From the NCBI GenBank assembly GCA_963517115.1, contig CAUQEW010000011.1, positions 45,225-77,224 on the forward strand: a DNA stretch of 32,000 nt, read 5' to 3'. Position 1 is the first letter of the stretch; each line of letters starts with the position of its first letter. Under the pieces are notes generated by a model. That model did not search any database and was not told the DNA's origin. It saw only the letters and a list, made by a program, of their open reading frames with translations. Positions 29,890 through 32,000 of this stretch are shown here, one piece after another. The position numbers and the translations under genes are program-made. The DNA is from an uncultured Lachnospiraceae bacterium (GTDB lineage: Bacteria; Bacillota; Clostridia; Lachnospirales; Lachnospiraceae).

Positions 29890-30170
29890 GATTTGGCGGA
29901 GCCTGGGGTCGTACACTATAAATTCTATCGATAACTCACTTCTACAGGAGGCTTCGCAGGTACATATTAATAAAGAGTTTTTCCCTTGCGGCGACACTTT
30001 CTTTTGATTGTACGATTAGAGAGGACAGTCTTTATGTCCTATCAAAGCGCACAATCAAAAGAAAGTGTCAGAGCAATGGAAAAACTCTATTAATATATAC
30101 CTGCGAAACCTCCTGTTGTAGAAAACCTAAATTAGAATTTATAGTGTACGACACCAGGCTCCGCCAAATC
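29890..30170. repeat. Family A long-foldback element, copy A3 (281-bp hairpin; conserved flanks span about 29876-30181)
   Basis: A 37-bp basal stem (29890-29926 with 30134-30170) has one mismatch. Further stems pair 29952-29972 with 30088-30108 and 29993-30026 with 30036-30069. The apex is GGACAGTCTTTATGTCC. Confidence 0.9.
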
Positions 30171-30181
30171 TCTACATTAAA

Positions 30182-30952
30182 TCAAGAATTCAATGATACA
30201 ACTTTACCATAACGTTCAAAGATTTCTTTTACTTGCTGCAGTAACTCTTTGCTAGGTTCTTTGGTATTGGAAAGTTGATAATCCAAACCAAGTTCTTTCC
30301 ATTTAAATTCACCCATCTTATGAAATCCCAGGAGTTCAATCTTCGATACATTCGGATAATGGTCTAAATGTTCGGATAATTGTATGACGCTTTCTAAATT
30401 ATCCGTAAGTTGTGGTACTAGCACATACCGTATCCAGGTGTTCATATTGATTTCTTTTAAATAATCAAGAAAATCAAGTGTTGGAGCAAGTGAAACACGT
30501 GTTACTGTTTTATATACCAGTGGGTTATAATTTTTAATATCAAGCAATACTATATCCGTATATTCCAATACTTCTTTCACAACATTATTCCATACAAAAC
30601 CTGAGGTATCGATTGCAACTGATATCTCCTGTTCCCTGCAAAGTTTACATACTTCTAAGATGAACTCGGATTGCAGTAGTGGCTCACCTCCTGTAAAGGT
30701 TACACCACCACCTGTAAATTTCATATATGATTTGTATCTTAGAATCTCATCCATCAACTGTTGCGGAGTATATTCTGTTCCCTTTGTTGTATCCCAAGTA
30801 TCCGGATTGTGACAAAATTGACATCTTAATACACATCCTTGCATAAAAACTACGAACCGAATGCCAGGTCCATCTACCGTTCCACAGCTTTCTATTGAAT
30901 GTATTCTTCCAATGATATTCATATTTTCAGTATTCTTAATTTTATTGCTCAT
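30182..30952 (-). CDS. pflA: Pyruvate formate-lyase activating enzyme (radical SAM)
   Basis: IGRIHSIESCGTVDGPGIRF and the CxxxCxxC cluster motif (CVLRCQFCHNPDTW) are present. I place the start at the ATG at 30952 (MSNKIK); the track ORF starts at an upstream TTG. Confidence 0.9.
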   Translation of the reverse strand: MSNKIKNTENMNIIGRIHSIESCGTVDGPGIRFVVFMQGCVLRCQFCHNPDTWDTTKGTEYTPQQLMDEILRYKSYMKFTGGGVTFTGGEPLLQSEFILEVCKLCREQEISVAIDTSGFVWNNVVKEVLEYTDIVLLDIKNYNPLVYKTVTRVSLAPTLDFLDYLKEINMNTWIRYVLVPQLTDNLESVIQLSEHLDHYPNVSKIELLGFHKMGEFKWKELGLDYQLSNTKEPSKELLQQVKEIFERYGKVVSLNS

Positions 30953-31014
30953 AAATTTCACCCAACCTTTCAAAGATCAAGTTCATTTTTTTATTATTAT
31001 TTGTTAAGAAGTTA

Positions 31015-32000
31015 TTATCTTTCATGGAAAGTACGATGAATAACATCAAGTTGTTGTTCCCGATTCAGCTTTACAAAGTTTACTGCGTAACCGGATACAC
31101 GTATCGTAAGTTGTGGATATTTTTCCGGATGGTCCATAGCATCCATTAATGTTTCACGATCAAATACGTTTACATTGATATGATGCCCTTTATCATGGAA
31201 ATATCCGTCCAGTAATCCAGCTAAATTACTGACTCTCTCTTCAATATCCTTACCTAAAGCCTTTGGTACAATTGAGAAGGTGTAAGAAATACCATCTTGC
31301 GCATGTTTGTATGGTAACTTAGCAACTGACGCCATCGAAGCAATAGCACCCTTCTTATCTCTTCCATGCATTGGATTCGCACCCGGTGCAAAAGGTTCTC
31401 CTGCCTTACGACCATCCGGAGTACTTCCGGTCTTCTTACCATACACTACATTAGAGGTAATCGTCAATACGGATAGAGTTTGCTTTGCACTACGATAGGT
31501 TTTAACTTTGCGAAGTTTATTCATAAAACGTTCTACTAGCTCAACCGCGATTTGATCTACTCTATCATCGTTATTACCAAAAGCTGGGTAATCTCCTTCT
31601 ATTTCATAATCAACCGCTAAACCTGCTTCATTACGGATTACTTTAACTTTTGCAAACTTAATAGCTGATAAAGAATCTGCTACTACAGACAATCCGGCTA
31701 TTCCGCAAGCTTCAGTACGCAATACGGATATATCATGTAATGCCATCTGTAATCGCTCGTAATTATATTTATCGTGCATAAAATGAATAATATTTAAAGT
31801 GTTGATATATAACTCTGAAAGCCAATCTAGTGTTTGATCAAACTTGGCAATTACTTCATCGTATTCTAAATATTCTCCGGTAATTGGTGCGAATAGAGGT
31901 CCTACTTGTTCTCCAGACTTCTCATCTTTACCTCCATTGATAGAATATAATAGTGCTTTTGCAAGATTAGCCCTAGCGCCAAAGAATTGCATCTGTTTAC
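31015..32000 (-). CDS. pflB: Pyruvate formate-lyase (glycyl radical enzyme), C-terminal part; the gene continues past the window end
   Basis: The glycyl-radical motif [11 protein letters not shown] lies near the C-terminus. The frame is still open at 32000. Confidence 0.9.
   Translation of the reverse strand, partial: KQMQFFGARANLAKALLYSINGGKDEKSGEQVGPLFAPITGEYLEYDEVIAKFDQTLDWLSELYINTLNIIHFMHDKYNYERLQMALHDISVLRTEACGIAGLSVVADSLSAIKFAKVKVIRNEAGLAVDYEIEGDYPAFGNNDDRVDQIAVELVERFMNKLRKVKTYRSAKQTLSVLTITSNVVYGKKTGSTPDGRKAGEPFAPGANPMHGRDKKGAIASMASVAKLPYKHAQDGISYTFSIVPKALGKDIEERVSNLAGLLDGYFHDKGHHINVNVFDRETLMDAMDHPEKYPQLTIRVSGYAVNFVKLNREQQLDVIHRTFHER

Overview
This is a low-GC, densely coding chromosomal segment that looks Firmicutes/Clostridia-like, and most of it is housekeeping.

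Gene content, left to right:
- 5' end of a copper-type P-type ATPase with a CsoR-like operator (-).
- An operon of ECF sigma, zf-HC2 anti-sigma and two membrane proteins (-).
- A LicT/RAT-antiterminated bgl-type PTS EIIBCA operon whose only enzyme is an ADP-ribosylglycohydrolase-family protein (-).
- comEC (-).
- GerMN lipoprotein, histidine kinase, OmpR-type regulator, comEA and a DUF606 transporter (-).
- argC-argJ-argB-argD (-), maf (-) and argG (+).
- A small DUF5680-like ORF, a YbjQ-family protein, a YhhN-family protein, an alpha/beta hydrolase and a GNAT.
- hflK/hflC and a Cof phosphatase.
- pflA and the 3' part of pflB (-).

I saw no tRNA, rRNA, CRISPR array, transposase, integrase or recognisable defence gene.

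The main signal that gene annotation does not explain is a set of six strictly intergenic long-foldback repeats.
- Family A has three ~288-bp copies, at 21.5, 22.8 and 29.9 kb.
- Family B has 266-bp and 230-bp copies at 9.3 and 14.3 kb, plus a half copy at 0.4 kb.
- Each full copy folds into one rod-like hairpin of roughly 100-140 bp.
- Copies differ by changes that are compensated on both arms.
- Non-palindromic positions give each element a polarity.
- Transition-type mismatches are strongly biased to G:T on one specific strand, which argues for selection on a single-stranded (RNA or ssDNA) fold.
- Four of the five full copies begin 11-19 nt after a stop codon.

Secondary oddities are an 18-bp x5 tandem array directly upstream of comEC, a perfect 23-bp x2 repeat upstream of the licT promoter, and a shared ARG-box-like operator over the -35 of both arg promoters.

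All product names come from motif recognition in the supplied translations. No database search was possible.
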